Shown piece after piece: positions 1-15,165 of a DNA stretch of 64,000 bases. The notes below the pieces were generated by a model. It was given only the letters and a program-made list of their open reading frames with translations. It did no database searches and had not been told where the DNA came from. The translations under genes were made by a program, and so were the position numbers. Source of the DNA: Ascidiella aspersa (taxonomy: Eukaryota); the NCBI GenBank assembly GCA_963924565.1, contig OZ004608.1:28396001-28460000 (forward strand). Reading direction: 5' to 3'. Each line of letters starts with the position of its first letter. Positions within the stretch are counted from its first letter, which is position 1.

Positions 1-3000
1 ACCTTACTCGGCCATTTGGATTACATTCGCACCACGGTTTTCCACCATGAATATCCATGGATTCTTTCTGGTTCCGATGATCAGGTGATTACAATTATCC
101 ATTTTTACTCATTAAAGTACTGATGCTTCGAACACCTATTCGAGCAATCTTCTTTAGGGCAATATAATTGCAACTATATGCGAAAAAATATATATACTAG
201 GCAAACAGTAAAAGAAAAACAACAATGGACCACATTCTAAACCACGAGGCGCGAAAATTGAGATAAACACCCAATCTCCTTTTTTTCTTTTTGCCTGACA
301 GCAACAGCATATTTTATCGACTTTATATGGTTGCTATTTATGGGGTCATAATTGAAGGTTTGTTTTTATAATAGACAATCCGGATTTGGAACTGGCAATC
401 TAGATCTTGCATCGCTGTGCTCACCGGCCACAACCATTATGTGATGTCGGCCCAATTTCATCCATCTGAAGATCTCGTTGTTTCCGCCTCATTGGATCAG
501 ACTGCAAGGGTGTGGGACATTGCTGGCCTGAGAAAAAAGAATCTCTCCCCTGGATCAGGAGTAGAGGAGTCTTCCTCTCGTGGAAGCGGTGTTGGTGCTC
601 CCGCTTCCATTGAGCTCTTTGGAAGCACCGATGTCATGATTAAACATGTCTTGGAGGTAATGTTATTTTGTCACAAGTCTTTGAACTTGTCTTATGTCCA
701 TTGTCCACCCTTAGTTATGCTGTTTCTATACTGTTCAACGTTATATTACAAAAAATCCTGAGGTTAAAATTTTAAGTCTTTAAAAACCTACATATTTTCT
801 TTGTAAACTCACTGAATGTCATTGAATTTTTTTTATAAAATTTGTTTGACAACCCTGTTATGTCAAAAGTTGTTTGTAGTTCTGTTAATTGTTATTCTAA
901 CAGATTTTCCTTTCTTCCTAATTTATAGTTCTCTTTTGATTATTATACTACTTTATCCTTTTTCGGATGAAAGTATCTAACAAATTCTACTTGTATGAAT
1001 TATACTACCTGTAATTCTATTTGTTGAAAGATGTTTTAATATTATATATCGAATTATTGATTGCGATGGTCAGTTAGTGTATAGTAGTCTATTTACAATA
1101 TAATGTTTTACTTTTTTAAATGATTTCTAAAAAGCACTGGCGTAAAATGACAAATTATTAGGTCTACTTAGAGTACTTTGTATTTGATTGTTATCCTTTC
1201 TTTTTAGGGTCACGATCGTGGTGTAAACTGGGCTTGCTTTCACCCAACCATGCCTCTCGTTGTGACCTCAGCCGACGACCGTCTCGTCAAACTCTGGCGA
1301 ATGAACGAGTCTAAAGCCTGGGAAGTGGACTCATGCCGTGGTCATTACAACAACGTGTCCAGCTGTGCCTTTCACCCTCGCCAAGAGCTGATTCTCAGTG
1401 CTTCGGAGGACAAATCCATCAGGGTGTGGGACATGGGCAAGCGAACCAGCATAAACACATTCAGACGAGATCATGACAGGTTTGTTTTCCAGTTGGATAC
1501 AAATCATGACTCAGCGTTTCCTTGCGACCAATTTATTGTGATGGGTTTATGCAAAAACAATGGTGTCAAACTAAACAACCATTATTTTTCCTTGGGGCTG
1601 CTAATTTCATATATATACTAAAACAATGCTCTATTAATTAGTAACAAAAAAAAATTATTTGGCTGTTAGTTGAACTAACAATATCTCTTTAAAACTATGA
1701 TGCTTTACACCAGTGGTTCTCAAACTTTCACGAGTCAGGGCCCCCCTTCCTTTAGCACTAAACACTCCGTGGTTCCCCTTGCTCATGAATTTGAAAAACA
1801 CTTTAAATATAAAAGAGGTCTCTAAATACATAACTAAAACCAAAAAATAGTTTAACAGGCTAATTAGTAAAGTAAGACATGCCTGTGACCCCATTAAGAC
1901 CTGTTTCCCTGATGGCTAATGGTCACTGTTGAAAAACTGCTTTACACCTTTCCGTCAAAAAGTTTTGTTTTTTCAGTTAGTCAAATGTAGCTTTCAATAA
2001 GATTGTATTTTCTAGATTTTGGATTTTGTCCTGTCATCCCACCTTGAATCTTTTTGCTGCTGGTCACGATGGTGGTATGGTGATCTTCAAGTTGGAGCGT
2101 GAGCGTCCAGCTTTTGCCACTCATGGAAACTTTCTCTTCTATGTCAAGGACAAATACCTGCGCAAGCTGGACTTCACCACAAGCAAGGACACTGCTGCTA
2201 TGCAGCTAAGAGGGTAAATAATTCTTTAGTTATAAATTTACACTGTAGCAGGCCTTTTTTTAAATAATGCAATATTTTGGAGTTTGTTATTATTGCTTAA
2301 AGAAAAAAAATACAAAAAAATGAATATATGTTAAAGTATTAATGTACTGTAACCTACATTTCTGTTGATTAATTGCAATCTATTATTTGTAGAGGGTCAA
2401 AGGCTTCAGTGTTTTCCTTGTCATACAACCCTGCCGAGAATGCTGTCGTTGTCACTTCGAGGGCCTCTAACATTGAGAACTCGCACTACGACCTCTACCA
2501 GATACCAAAGAACACGGATTCCTCCAATCCAGATGGTAAGCTGTCTCTTTACTACGTATACATAGATTAAATATAACAAAAGTGTCATATTTCTTAGTTT
2601 ATCCGATTGAAAGCTTATTTAGTAGTAGAAGATGACCATTTTGGACAAATGTTTCCAGATAACAAATTACCCCTTTTTCTCTTTGTTGTAGTATAAACTT
2701 TAGACCTAGGTTAACGTTTCTTCTAGTGATATCTAGGGTTTAAATATAGTTTACTTAAACTAAACAACTTACAAGGACTAAAACATGCGACAATTGGCAT
2801 AATAACTCTGAAAATGAACTAAATATGAAACAAATGGCTAATAAGACGTATTATCATTTAGTTATTCATGTAAGTGACAGTCGTGTACATGTTGACAGTA
2901 AGAATATATAATTGGTAAATGAATAGTTTTAGTATGACTGTCTAAATGTTTTTCAAATGTGCAGTAAGATTTTGCTGCAAAAAAAGGTTAATCTAATGTT

Positions 3001-6000
3001 AATCTGCAGCACCGGAGGGAAAGAGATCATCGGGTCTCACTGCTGTGTGGGTTGCCCGTAACCGATTCGCCGTCCTTGATCGCACTCACACCATCATCAT
3101 CAAAAATCTCAAGAACGAGATTACCAAGAAGGTTCAGGTGCCGGCGGTCGACGAGATTTTCTACGCCGGAACTGGCTCGCTGTTGCTGCGCACCCCGGAA
3201 GGCATCACTCTTTATGATGTGCAACAAAAACGGTAAGACATATGTATGAGTATTGAGTATTGAGTATAGGCCTGACTGCCAGAAAATTTGCCCAAATTGA
3301 AGAAAAGCCTTTTTTGTTGAGTTTTAGTATCCATTGTTTTTACGACTTATTTTGAAAGTTTTATAGTTGGGCTAGTCCCAAAATCGAGGTACAAGTTGGG
3401 AAAATAATAGCCAATAGTAGGCAATTTATTAATGTTAAACTAGAACTGTTGTACATCCTTTCAGTAATAGTATGCAAAAAATAGTAGGCAGTGGATTGAA
3501 ACGCTTTAGGCTCTAAACACTTTTAACGTTACCGACCATCCATGTGCAATGCGCATGTGTTTATCCGTGATAAGTACCTTAAATAACTTAAAAATAGCAA
3601 TAAACAGAAATGAACTGTTCACTTTCACACTTCGCATGACTCTTGAAACAATCGCAAAATGCTAATATAGCTATAAGCCTATATCCAGGGTTGCCATCTG
3701 CTATAGGACCAAAAATAAGCACGCTGCTCTATGATGATGTAATACCACTCGTAGTTATTTAATGCAAGCTGTCGCGCAATTCTTCTAGCGAAATCCTTGC
3801 TTAAAAACATTTCGAACTGCCAAAGTCGAGTTTATTTGTGCTTAACTTGGATAAGTAGTCAAAATTAAATTATAAGAAATAAAATTAAGACAAACGTAAC
3901 GCACATCTCAAAATTAAGCACGTCACTTAAAAATAAGCATATTAGTATTTTTCTTACACTCTACTTAAAACTAAGCACAAATCTTGGGAATAAACCCAAA
4001 ATGGCAACCCCGTATATTACCCTCTTTCGCCCGTCGCTTTTTGCAGTTCGCTGGCCTCGGTGAAGATCGCCAAGGTGAAGTACGTGGTGTGGTCGAGCGA
4101 CATGTCGCACATCGCGCTGCTCGCCAAGCACAACATCATTATCTGCAACCGAAAGCTCGAATCGATGGCCACCATCCACGAGAACGTGCGCGTCAAGTCC
4201 GGCGCTTGGGAGGAAAGCGGGGTTTTCATCTACACCACTTCGAACCACATCAAATACGCACTCACCAATGGGTAAAAAATGCGCACTCAAAAATACCTTT
4301 GTTTGTTTTGTATTGCTATAACTTTAAATGTAATTTCGTATTGCTATACTCTTAGATGTCGTAGTAGATTTGTGCGGACTTTTTATTTGATTTATATATA
4401 TTATATATTATATTTCATTTTTATTTATTTGTTATATATATACACAAGATGCCATCATGGAAATGTAGATATTACATTTAAATGAAATCCTTTACTCATT
4501 GTTTTTGATCCACCTCTTAAGATTGAAAGATTCATTTTATTTTTGTGCAACCATTTTGAAACTAAGAACACAAAAAATACACGCCGAAAATATCTTACGT
4601 CCATCGAATCTAGCTGTCCAGTTGTCCACTGTCTAAAATCTAAATTGCCAGGGAGTTACGGTCAAAATTTAAACGTTTGTTCAAATTAGTTTACTACAGC
4701 TTTCGCCTTCTCTTTCATTTTACTTTGTTTTACAATTGTTATAGCTTGTTACGTGTTCCTTATATGTGATAATTTTTTTCAGTGACCACGGCATAATCCG
4801 TACCCTGGACCTTCCGATCTACGTGACCCGTGTTAAGGGAACCAGTGTGTACTGCCTAGACAGAGAGACCAGACCCAGGGTACTCAACATTGATCCCACC
4901 GAATTCAGATTCAAGGTATGAAAATCAAAGATTAGCAAACTCTACGAGTTGGTTAAAATTTTTGTTACGCAGTGATTGCAACAAACAGATTCGTTATTTG
5001 ATCGTTCGTTTTAAGTGCATTCATTAATAATAATATATTACTTAATTAAACCAAATAAAATTCTATACAGGGTTTTTCCTAAGTTGGCAAACCAAAATTC
5101 TAGTTTATTTATTTTTTGTTATTCTGACGGTCGAGAGATGGTTTACTAAAAAATTGAAAATAAAGCATAATGTTTTATTCGCATTACTCATTTCGTAAAT
5201 TCCTTTTCGTAAATAATTTGTTCATGAGTTGTTTTTGTTTTGGAGCATGGTTTTATTTTATCCCTGATAGAAATCTCCTTGAAAAATGACAAAATTCGTA
5301 TAAGGTTTAGAGGCAGATATCTTGTTGAGTATTTTTTTGACCTAAACAAATCGTTTCATCATTAACATAAGAGGCATCATTAAAACCTAACTGAATAACT
5401 GTGCTTCAAACTAAAGTAGAAAGTGCCAAAAAACGCGATGACAATATTTTTTTCCTTTTCCACCAGATGGCGCTGGTGAACCGCAAGTACGACGAGGTGC
5501 TTCACATGGTCCGCAACACAAAGCTGGTCGGCCAGTCGATCATCGCCTACCTCCAGCAGAAGGGTTACCCAGAGGTGGCGCTTCACTTCGTTAAGGACGA
5601 CAAGACACGTTTCTCGCTTGCACTCGAGTGCGGCGACATCGAGGTAGGTTTTTGGGGAGATTTTATTTTTTAGAGCAGCTATAAAAAATAAAGTTGTCGT
5701 GTTTCTGAAAAAATATATAATTGAGCATCTACACTGCATGAATTCCACATTTGCAACATAGTCTCTTGATCAAGTATACCCCTAAACACACTTATCCAAA
5801 TTTTGTCCATGTATAGGTTGCGCTATTATTGGGTAGATAGCAAGTAGTGGGGGATTACGGCCGGCTGTAGCCGTATGTTGCCCGTCCCTGCCCTAAGACC
5901 TAAAACGCACTTAACACCATTTTGCCTGTAGGTAGCGCTTGCTGCTGCGAAGGCGCTAGACGACAAGCAGTGTTGGGAAGCTCTCGGTGAGGTTGCTCTC

Positions 6001-9000
6001 GCCCACGGAAACCACCAAGTGGTCGAGACCGCATACCAAAGGACCAAGGACTTCGACAAACTCTCCTTCCTCTATCTGCTCACCGGAAACCTTGAGAAGC
6101 TGAGAAAAATTATGAAAATCGGTGAGTTACTTTGACATGAAATGTGAGAACATCTTATTTTACAGTGACTAGAATCTAATTAGCGGTGATAAAAACATTT
6201 CCACCAGTGGTTTTCAAACTTCTATGGTCCCTGGTCCCTGGTCAGTTAAAGAGACTAAAACAACCCCAGGCTAATCAATGAATAAAAAATGTTGTTAAAA
6301 CGTTTCTGTCGGTCATTTTGTCTTCCATATAGCAAACAAGCAAAACAATAAAAATAAAAAATCTAAGGGCTAACTTTCGTAACGTTTCAACTTATTCTTA
6401 TATTTGCGCCCTTACATCACTCCTCTATTTAGCCGATTTATGCAAAAATACTTGAAAAAGTTCTTTGGATTTAATTTGTTGTAAAATTGTTTTCATTTAC
6501 ACTTATACGAACAATTCTCCCTTTTTTGCCAAGTTCTGCAAAGATACTGAGTTATTTTATTGTTTTGTCTTATTTGTTTTATTTACACCCTTAAACTATA
6601 GTTTTCCTCTCTTCAGCCAAGTTTCGTCATGCAAACAGCATTTTTGATTTTGTATCCTAAACAATTTTAATAACGCTTTAAACAAAGAATTTCGTTCTCG
6701 TTTGCAAACGTTATAACGTCAGTCATTATGTCTGCAATTTATGCGGAATGCGAAAACAAACCAGAAAAAAATTTAAGTGCGATATCAGCACCGATACCCT
6801 AGTATCGGACGAGTTCCGATACCACCACTTGGCATCGGGTATCGGCTGCAACATTTAATCCAACATCCCTAGTTACAAGTTACACATTAAATTTACGGCC
6901 TTATTCACTCGCTCCTCTTTTAGCCGAATTCCGCAAAGACACCTCGGGTCACTACCAGGCCGCTCTCTACCTCGGCGACGTCTCTGAGCGAGTCAAGGTG
7001 CTCAAGGGGTGCGGCCAGAAGTCCCTGGCTTACCTCACCGCCGCTACTCACGGCCTCACTGAGGAAGCAGAGAACTTGAAGGAGGAGGTTGCTCCTGAGG
7101 TTGATCCCAACGCGGTCCTCCTGCAACCTCCGCCGCCGATCCGACAGTGCGAGGAAAACTGGCCGCTGCTCACCATCAGCAAAGGTAGCTGGCAGTAAAT
7201 TTATTGATTGGGTAGGGATACTTTAAGTCTGTGATTCTAAAACTGTTTGCCTCGATAGATTCACAAGAATGCTACGAAGCTTATTTGTAATTTTGCAATA
7301 AAATTATTTGAATTACAAATAGGCATCCAGATAGCGTGATAATTCAATGGTACACTATTTATAGATAACTGATAATATTATGGTATTTACCTCTATTTCT
7401 TTGACGTGTATGAAGCAATAAAATCCGTTAACATTATACTGTATGAAAGTTTTAGGCTCTACAAAATATTGTGAAAAAAGTGCTTTCGAGTCGTTCTTAG
7501 TAGCACGATCACTGCTCTACTGGTGAACATTGAAAGCAAAGTTTGAATGACCAAGTCGCGTAAAGCAATGTGGTTTATTTGAACTCTTTCTCGCTTTCCC
7601 TTATTTATCGCCCACAGGATTTGGCAGCAACGGTCAAATCTAGTTTTTATTAAACACTCTCAAACTGTATATTTGTTTAACTATAAAAAAAATTAATAAA
7701 TAATTTGTAAAAGACTGAAATGAAACAAACTAACTAAAGTTTTTTTTTTTGGAAAACATTATTTAAAAAAACAACAACTAATATTTCTGTCATGTTTAAC
7801 GAGTTATAAAGTTACTGATTTGATGTAACTTTAAGTTTAGAGGAATGCTTTAAATAACATTGTTTTAAAATTAAACTGCCTCTATATCAGCACTGATCTT
7901 ATGTATATCTACCAAGCGAGTTAATTCTTTCCCGCGCTCAACCACACAACTTCTCCATTGTTCACCAATCACCAGACAGCTCCTATTAAATTCCACAATT
8001 TTTCATCCACTTCTTCTTTGCCACCTCCCAGGCTTCTTCCAGGAGTCGCGGATGGCCAAGGGAGCAAGCGGAGGACTCGGCGCCGACGTGGACCTGGACG
8101 CGGACACCGGTGGCTGGGGAGACGAGGTGGAGCTCATCATCGACGACGAGGGAGCCATCGTCGAGGAGGACTTTGAGGACGCGCAAGAGGGTGACGCAGA
8201 AGAGGGGGGAGGTTGGGATGTGGACGACGACGACCTTGAGCTGCCTCCAGACCTCGACATCGGACCGAGCGATGGAGCTCAGGGTGAAGGCTTCTTCGTG
8301 GCTCCAACCAAAGGTAGGTATTTTTTGGGAGTTTCCCATTATTCAAAAAAAAAGAAATCCAAAAAGGCGAAGGTCCCGAATTTTCAACTTAGAGAATTCC
8401 GCGTTTCTGACGTTAATGATGTCATAAAATAGTGACGGGTATGACGTATTTCCTCAATATTCATTTTGCAACCAGCTGATAATTGATAATCCTTGTTTCT
8501 AGCTATATATTTACGAAAAGGGATTCTTTCTGTACAAGCGTTGCTAGTATATATTACTCTGCCCAGTCTAGTAATTGTGTAAAATATAGGATGTGTAGAA
8601 AGGGTGAAGTTTATAAGAAGAATTGCTATTGGGTATTCGCTCGGCAACATTGCTTAATCTGATGTAACCTTACAAAACCACCAAGCGTTCAATCGAGTTT
8701 TAGTGATAGATCTATGTTAGGCACTCAATTTTTAACAGTTCGTTCAACCTGGATATGAGTCCAACCAGAGTACACTCTTGTAGTCAAGTGTCGGTATATT
8801 ACTATTACTCTCTCCACTCAGTAGCTTATCATGGACGAGTGTCAAACATAAACCAGTTTAGTATATACCATGACTTTTACCGCTTTAACAGGGACGTCTC
8901 AGTCTCAAGTTTGGTGCAACAACTCTCAGCTTCCAGTTGATCATGTACTGGCCGGATCATTCGACACCGCATTCCGAGTAAGTAAACGTGGCCTCATTGG

Positions 9001-12000
9001 CGTTTCACCCTTCACATTTTAGCTGCGACTTAAAAACTGTGGATATTTTACCGATTACGCTCTAACCCAGTTGTTTTCGTGCTTTCTGTAAACCAGTTGT
9101 TTTTGGGCTTTCCTATTCCGTGATCGTCGTACGTTAATTTTCTACACCCGAAGCCCCTTGAGTCTTTAACATTCAATTTGTTAAAAGAGTCTACTTACAC
9201 CTCTTGTTTTTTAGCCACGTTAGACATTCCGGCGAAAAAGCCCAAAATATAATGCGATCAGAGTTAAATGCGCTCTTGTTAGTTTGAACATTCTTACATA
9301 TTATGCCTTACGTCGTGACTTCCCAAATAATGCCAAAGGCAACCAACTGACTAGCGGAAAAATGAAAACAACAAAAAATTACTTTGCCTCAAATATTTGC
9401 CAAAAAATAACAGATTTAAAGACTATTTGCTGAAAACTACTACGCACAAGGCTCGAGGGTAATTTAAGATCGCCATTAAGTTTCAGCCGCGAGTCCCCGA
9501 AACACAGTGAGCGGGTTTTTGGAGTTCGTGCAAATGCTCGCTAACGCACGTGCACCGTTAAGCGATCAACTGACCAGGAGTGGTAGCATCTGGGGCCGCC
9601 ATATTATTTGCCTTTTTGCAGGCCAAGAAGTTAATAACCCCCGTGTTGATATTTGTTTTAATCTTCTTCAATTTGCTAACCTTTCTGTGTCTTTGTTTTA
9701 TGATTTAAAGATTCTTCGAAAATACGTAAAAGCCGCAAACATTGTACGAAACCTCAAAATTGGACCTCTATAAATAAAATTTGCGCATCACTAATTTTAA
9801 CACCTTTTTGCTGTACACATAATGATGTCTGGCCTGGTTTATGAAAAAAAAACTGATCTAACCGTTGCTCTACCATGTCATGCAGTTACTCCACGACCAA
9901 GTCGGTGTGACGGACTTCAAGCCGTACAAGACTCTCTTCATGCAAACCTACGCCAGATCGCGCACCAACTTCACCGGCATCCCGGGACTTCCCCCGATGA
10001 AGGGCTTCCCCCATCGAAATTGGAGGGAGGCCGGCGCCAAGGGGGGATTACCCGTGGTGGGCCTGAACCTTGCCACCCTTGCTACGAGATTGCAGGTGTG
10101 ACTTCACATATTACTAAAATTTGTGTTGTCTGTGTGTTAGACTGTACTGTTGAAAATATTTTTTTTAAATCGAGAGGTTTCGCAAACGATAAAGCCTGGC
10201 CATTTTTTTGTTAATTCATGAGTGGCTGTTTAAGATATAACTAAATTGATTCTATCGTGGAAATTGCCAACGGTTAAAAAGCGTTTTTAGAGACTCTATT
10301 TTTTAAAACAAAATCTATATTTTTTATGCGTTAGATGTAATTCAAGCTATTAACAATAATTAAGTTGTTCTCCATTTGACAAAATATACCAACTCCATAC
10401 AATACGTCTCGGTCGCATTTGTTGTTGTTGTTATATGGCCTTATAGCAACGTCTATAAAAAGATGCATTAATGGCAAATCAATTTAACAAAAAAGTGTTT
10501 TCATTTTTCAAAGTTGTCATTCCTAACTGGTTTTTAAGAATGTACTGTTCATACCCACCTTATCTAGCTAACGGTAAACTCCTTCCGATTGGTTGCCAGA
10601 TAAACTTGTTTTTATATTGCAGGATGCTTACAAGCTTACTAGGCTGGCTAAGTTTGATGACGCAATAGTGAAATTTCGCGACATTTTGCTTTCTGTTCCG
10701 CTCCTGGTGGTCGACAACAAGCAAGAAATTAGCGAGGTGACCAACGCTATTTTCAAGCCTAAGAAAATCCCTAGTTTTTAGCTTACCTTACCTCTCGATG
10801 TTCTTGGTTATAATTGTTGTGTTGTTTTTTTTTTGAACTTTAAATATGAGACATTGTCTTGCAAATATTTTATTCTTAGATTATAGCATATTTTTTGTTT
10901 CGTGAATGGTGTAAGCAGAGTATTACGCAAAAAATGTTCCAACGTTATTTGCGGAAGACTTATCGGAATAATCTTCCAGTCCTTTTAATTTATAATAAAC
11001 ATTTTTTTTATCTAAAAAGTATTATTTAAGACAGGGGTGGCCAACCAATCAGATACCAATAGCCGCATTTGTTACTTGGTTAACCGCAAAGAGCCAAACC
11101 ATACACACATGAAACGAAATGAACGGCCTATCACTCCATTTCTTACTAACTCCACAAAGCTATCGCGCGAAGCGCGATAAAAGTGCCTTTATTTCGTTAG
11201 ACAAAATTTTAATTTAGAATGAATACAATGGCCTTCGGCAAACAGTCGATTCGAAATCGAAGCTGACAATAATCCATAACTTAACCAAAGGAAATCGAAA
11301 ACAAATTATAAATACAACATGAACGTAACAGCCGCATATAACTGTGTGAAGAGGCGCTGTTTGGCCATCCCTACATTAAGCGATCCAATTTAAAGTCTTC
11401 AAAAACCTTCAAATTTTCTTTGAATGAATTTTTTTCCAAAAATTCTGTGGCAACCCAATGTACTAACAAACTCACTGTTATTCGCCAGGCGCAGCAACTA
11501 GTCACAATCTGTCGCGAGTACATCGTTGGTCTGAGCATGGAGCAATTGCGCAAGTCGCTGCCCAAGTCCAGTCTTGAGGAGCAGAAGCGGTCTTGCGAGA
11601 TGGCCGCCTACCTGACCCACTGCCAGTGGCAACCAATCCATCTCATCCTGGCGCTGCGAACCGCGCAGAACCTTGCCTACAAGCTTAAGAACTACAAGGT
11701 CGGTCGACGGTTGTCTTGTGATTTTGCATTTCTTTAGATTGATTAATTTAGCAAATAGGCCCGTCCCACAAACCCAACTTTTTTGTAAACGTGTGCTTAT
11801 ATTTCAAAAAATGTATTTTAAAAATGTTTGTTGTCAAAGTGTCTGGGGTCACGAACCAACCCTTTTTGTTATCTTCATCGCAAAAATATCATTGAGAGCT
11901 TAAGCGTGATACGCATCCTTGAAGGAACTACAGATATTAACGATGTATACTAACCAGGTGTCATCAATCTTTTTCATAACTCTAACGGAAAATTGGATCG

Positions 12001-12992
12001 CGGGCCGCACAACTAAAGGATTCACGATGGCGGGCCAAATGTAAAATTTTGTGCCCAACTTTATTTATATCATTATAATCGTTACAAAACTGAACAGGGC
12101 GTTATAAAATTTTTGTTGTTCAGTTTAAATTTGTTCGGAACTGCACCCGACGACCTTTTTGCTGTATGTTGTCACATCCCGCTAGCCGTAGTTTTGTGGC
12201 CCTTGTGCTAGAGTAGACCAAAGCACTCTCCAAACACAAATATTCTCACAATCTACTTTGAGACATTATTTTATATTACTTTAAAACTTACAACCTTGCC
12301 TCCCCAGACCGCCGCCTCCTTCGCGCGTCGACTTCTCGAGCTCGGACCAAAGCCGGACGTTGCGTCACAAACGCGCAAGATAATCGCCGCCTGCGAGAAG
12401 AACCCACGCGACGCCAACGAGCTGCTGTACGACGCTCACAACCCCTTCGACATCTGCGCCGCCACTTACGTTCCAATCTACAGGTAGGCGATTGCTTTTC
12501 GGTTGTGTATTGGCTTTCGGGCCAAGTTTCCAATCCGTCGGTTGAAAGAAATTTTAAACCTATACGCCGCCGCTTTTGCTTTTTAATGCGTTTTAGGCCT
12601 TAAGTTTTAAAAAGTAGGGGAAAAACAAACCCCGTTTGCTGAATACACCTGGGAGATCAAGGCAGACATCGTTGCCTGTAATATCTTATTTATTAGGACC
12701 TCTATTTGATTAACTTTTTAACTTATAGCGATTAGAGTTTCCACGGTCCCTTAACGCTTAATATTGCGTTTGCTTTTAAACCAGCGGGAAACTTGGCCGG
12801 ACATTACCGAAACGCGTTTAAATAATATTTAACGTTCACATTTTTTGCAGGGGCAAGCCAGTTGAAAAGTGTCCGCTGAGTGGCGCCTGCTACACTCCTT
12901 CCCACAAAGGCGAGATCTGCCGAGTGAGTCAATGCACCCAGATAGGCAAGGACTGCGTCGGGCTTCGAGTTAGCTCCATCCAGTTCCGCTGA
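1..12992 (+). CDS. COPA: Coatomer subunit alpha (alpha-COP), 5'-truncated by window edge
   Basis: Phase-consistent GT-AG exons: <1-84, 375-656, 1208-1479, 2016-2213, 2393-2535, 3010-3232, 4047-4271, 4783-4915, 5467-5643, 5932-6121, 6924-7184, 8032-8313, 8892-8977, 9886-10095, 10623-10736, 11489-11698, 12308-12483, 12851-12992 (TGA). Translation gives hallmark alpha-COP sequence: WD40 repeats ([39 protein letters not shown]), [18 protein letters not shown], acidic GGW linker, C-terminal [12 protein letters not shown]...[16 protein letters not shown]. Confidence 0.97.
1711..1939. mobile_element. Non-autonomous hAT (Buster/Charlie-like) MITE in COPA intron
   Basis: Left TIR CAGTGGTTCTCAAAC, degenerate right TIR GTTGAAAAACTG; perfect 8-bp TSD CTTTACAC at 1703-1710 and 1940-1947. 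Confidence 0.75.
11032..11373. mobile_element. Degenerate hAT-type MITE in COPA intron
   Basis: CAGGGGTGGCCAAC ... GTTTGGCCATCCCTA terminal inverted repeats, internal AGCCGCA motifs; flanks only partly match (ATTTAAGA/CATTAAGC). Confidence 0.55.
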
Positions 12993-14129
12993 TTCCATCG
13001 CCATCTAAAGCCCAGACTTTCTTAAATTTGTTTACGCTTGTATCCTGCTGCTTTCTCATTTCCATAAAGACCGAACTCTGATCGTTTTTTAGGAATTGTT
13101 TACTGGTAAAATTAAATATGTGTTTTAGCGTATTTTACGAACCCAGTGTTTTAAAAATAGTCCCCACAGTAGTTACCATATGTACAGCGATGCAAATTCA
13201 CATCGACCTTTTTCTTTCTGTGCTACCCAGACCCTAAACTGATCATTCCGAACACATAAAAGTTTTAATTATTTTGTGGAATTTAACATTTATCTTGTTG
13301 GCCACAACGTTACTTTTGTTGGCTGCGCCTCAGTTTGCTCTTATCGGATTCTAAGGTCTATGCGACATTGACTGAACTTGTAGGTAGGAAGCCTTGTGTT
13401 ACTCATCCTGTAACCTACTTTGGTGCAATGACATTGCGCAAGAAAATAAAATTATATCCAAACAAATATAGTGTGTCGTGACTGGTGAGTGATTCTATTT
13501 TGGATTAGAAAAGGTCGCTCATTAATGACAATTTATCAACTAACTGGTTTCTTTCTCTGGAATAGTGAGTTACTTTTCGGATAGTTTCTTAGATTTTGTG
13601 AGGCCAACGCTGGACTGCTAACCGTGGCTAATTGTTGCAGTAGAATAAAAACACTTTTAGTAAAAAAGGTGTTTATTAGAGGAAAAAACTCTTCCTATTA
13701 GTACTATCGTAACATACCGCCCTATATTTACTTGTATAAACTTAACAGTGGTCATACCTATAGGGAAGTCCGATACTTTACATTCTACTCCGATAACCAA
13801 TATTTTGGGCAAAAAGCATAGTAATCCCTTATACCAAATGATGTCACTGCTATGCACAACAAGCAAAGTAGTTACAATTCAAACATTCGAAGGCCTTTTC
13901 ACCAGGTTATTAGGCCAACATTTGCTTTAGGGTTAAAAACTTCAGTTACCTTCATTTGTGTTAGCCTTCTATAGTAATTTTCGATAAACTTACCTTTAGT
14001 TTAAAAAGGGACACAGATCATGACTGAAATTCCTATACTAATTTAGTATCGGATCGGCACCGAACCATCCTAGAATGGGTCGAGTACCGAAACTACAGCG
14101 TATTATTATTAGATATCCCTAGTCTAGGC

Positions 14130-15165
14130 CAGTGCTCCGCAACCTTTTTTCACTTACGGCACACCAACAGAGCTAAAAATATTTGGCGGCACACCTACGA
14201 AATATATGAAGATCAACAATAGACAACAAAAGCAATATTCCAGGCTTCCCAGGGAAAATGTACGACATTTGATTAAACGCGCCTTACGCGCCGAAAATGT
14301 GACGCTTAACACTCTTTTATGTTGTGTTTTTACGGTCTTCCTAAAACATCTTAAAACGGCCACAAGAACTTCAGCCTTAAGACCTACATTGAACAACATC
14401 AACGCCGGTATAAAACACAGTTTGGAATAAGTCCAAAACAGAACTAATAGTTGTAATAACGTTTAAATCGAAATAAGCCCTTGACCCATCAGAATAAAAC
14501 CTAAATGGCTAGGCATACACAGCATTTTACCTAACCTTAAACCCAACCCCTTAATTCATCACTAACTCTTCTTATAATTCAAACCCTAACATAATTTCTA
14601 ACCCCGCCCATTAAGCTGCATAACACTAACCCCCCAAAAAGGGAAAACAACACAATGCAAAAACAGCGGCCCTCCAAAGGCGCCCTAATCGCTGTTACAA
14701 CTAGGCTATAGAGCGCGCAAACGTCGACACCAAAAGAAGCCAGATTGATGACCCCCGATCATTCCACAGCCTCTCAGAACATTTTTAGGCATTTTATTTA
14801 AAGGCCTGATTCCTATGAACTTTGAACTTATTTTGACAGGTTTAGGTATATTTAGGCGATTTTAGATCTTATTCTATTGTGGTATTGCTGCATATTAATA
14901 CCCGTGTTGTAGTTAGTTAAACAACTGTTTTGAAATCCGACTTCCGGCGATTGACGTAACGTAGATTTTAGTTTTAAATATTATGGAAAATTTATAAGGT
15001 ATCCCTTGATTATTGCATAATGTTAAAATGCCTGCCTTGATATACTATTTTTATTCAATTATACTGTAAAAAGTACAATTCAGTAGAATAAACGTAAGTA
15101 AACCCCTCCGGGAACGTCGCGGCACACCTGGCATGGTCTCGCGGCACACCGGTTGCGGAGCACTG
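14130..15165. mobile_element. Non-autonomous hAT element (~1.04 kb), intergenic
   Basis: Perfect 15-bp TIR CAGTGCTCCGCAACC / GGTTGCGGAGCACTG; perfect 8-bp TSD GTCTAGGC; subterminal CGGCACACC motifs at both ends; no transposase ORF. Confidence 0.9.

Noticed and set aside
14530-14635. TAACCC-like motifs as interstitial telomere
   Set aside because: Scattered and degenerate, and internal to a MITE rather than a tandem array.
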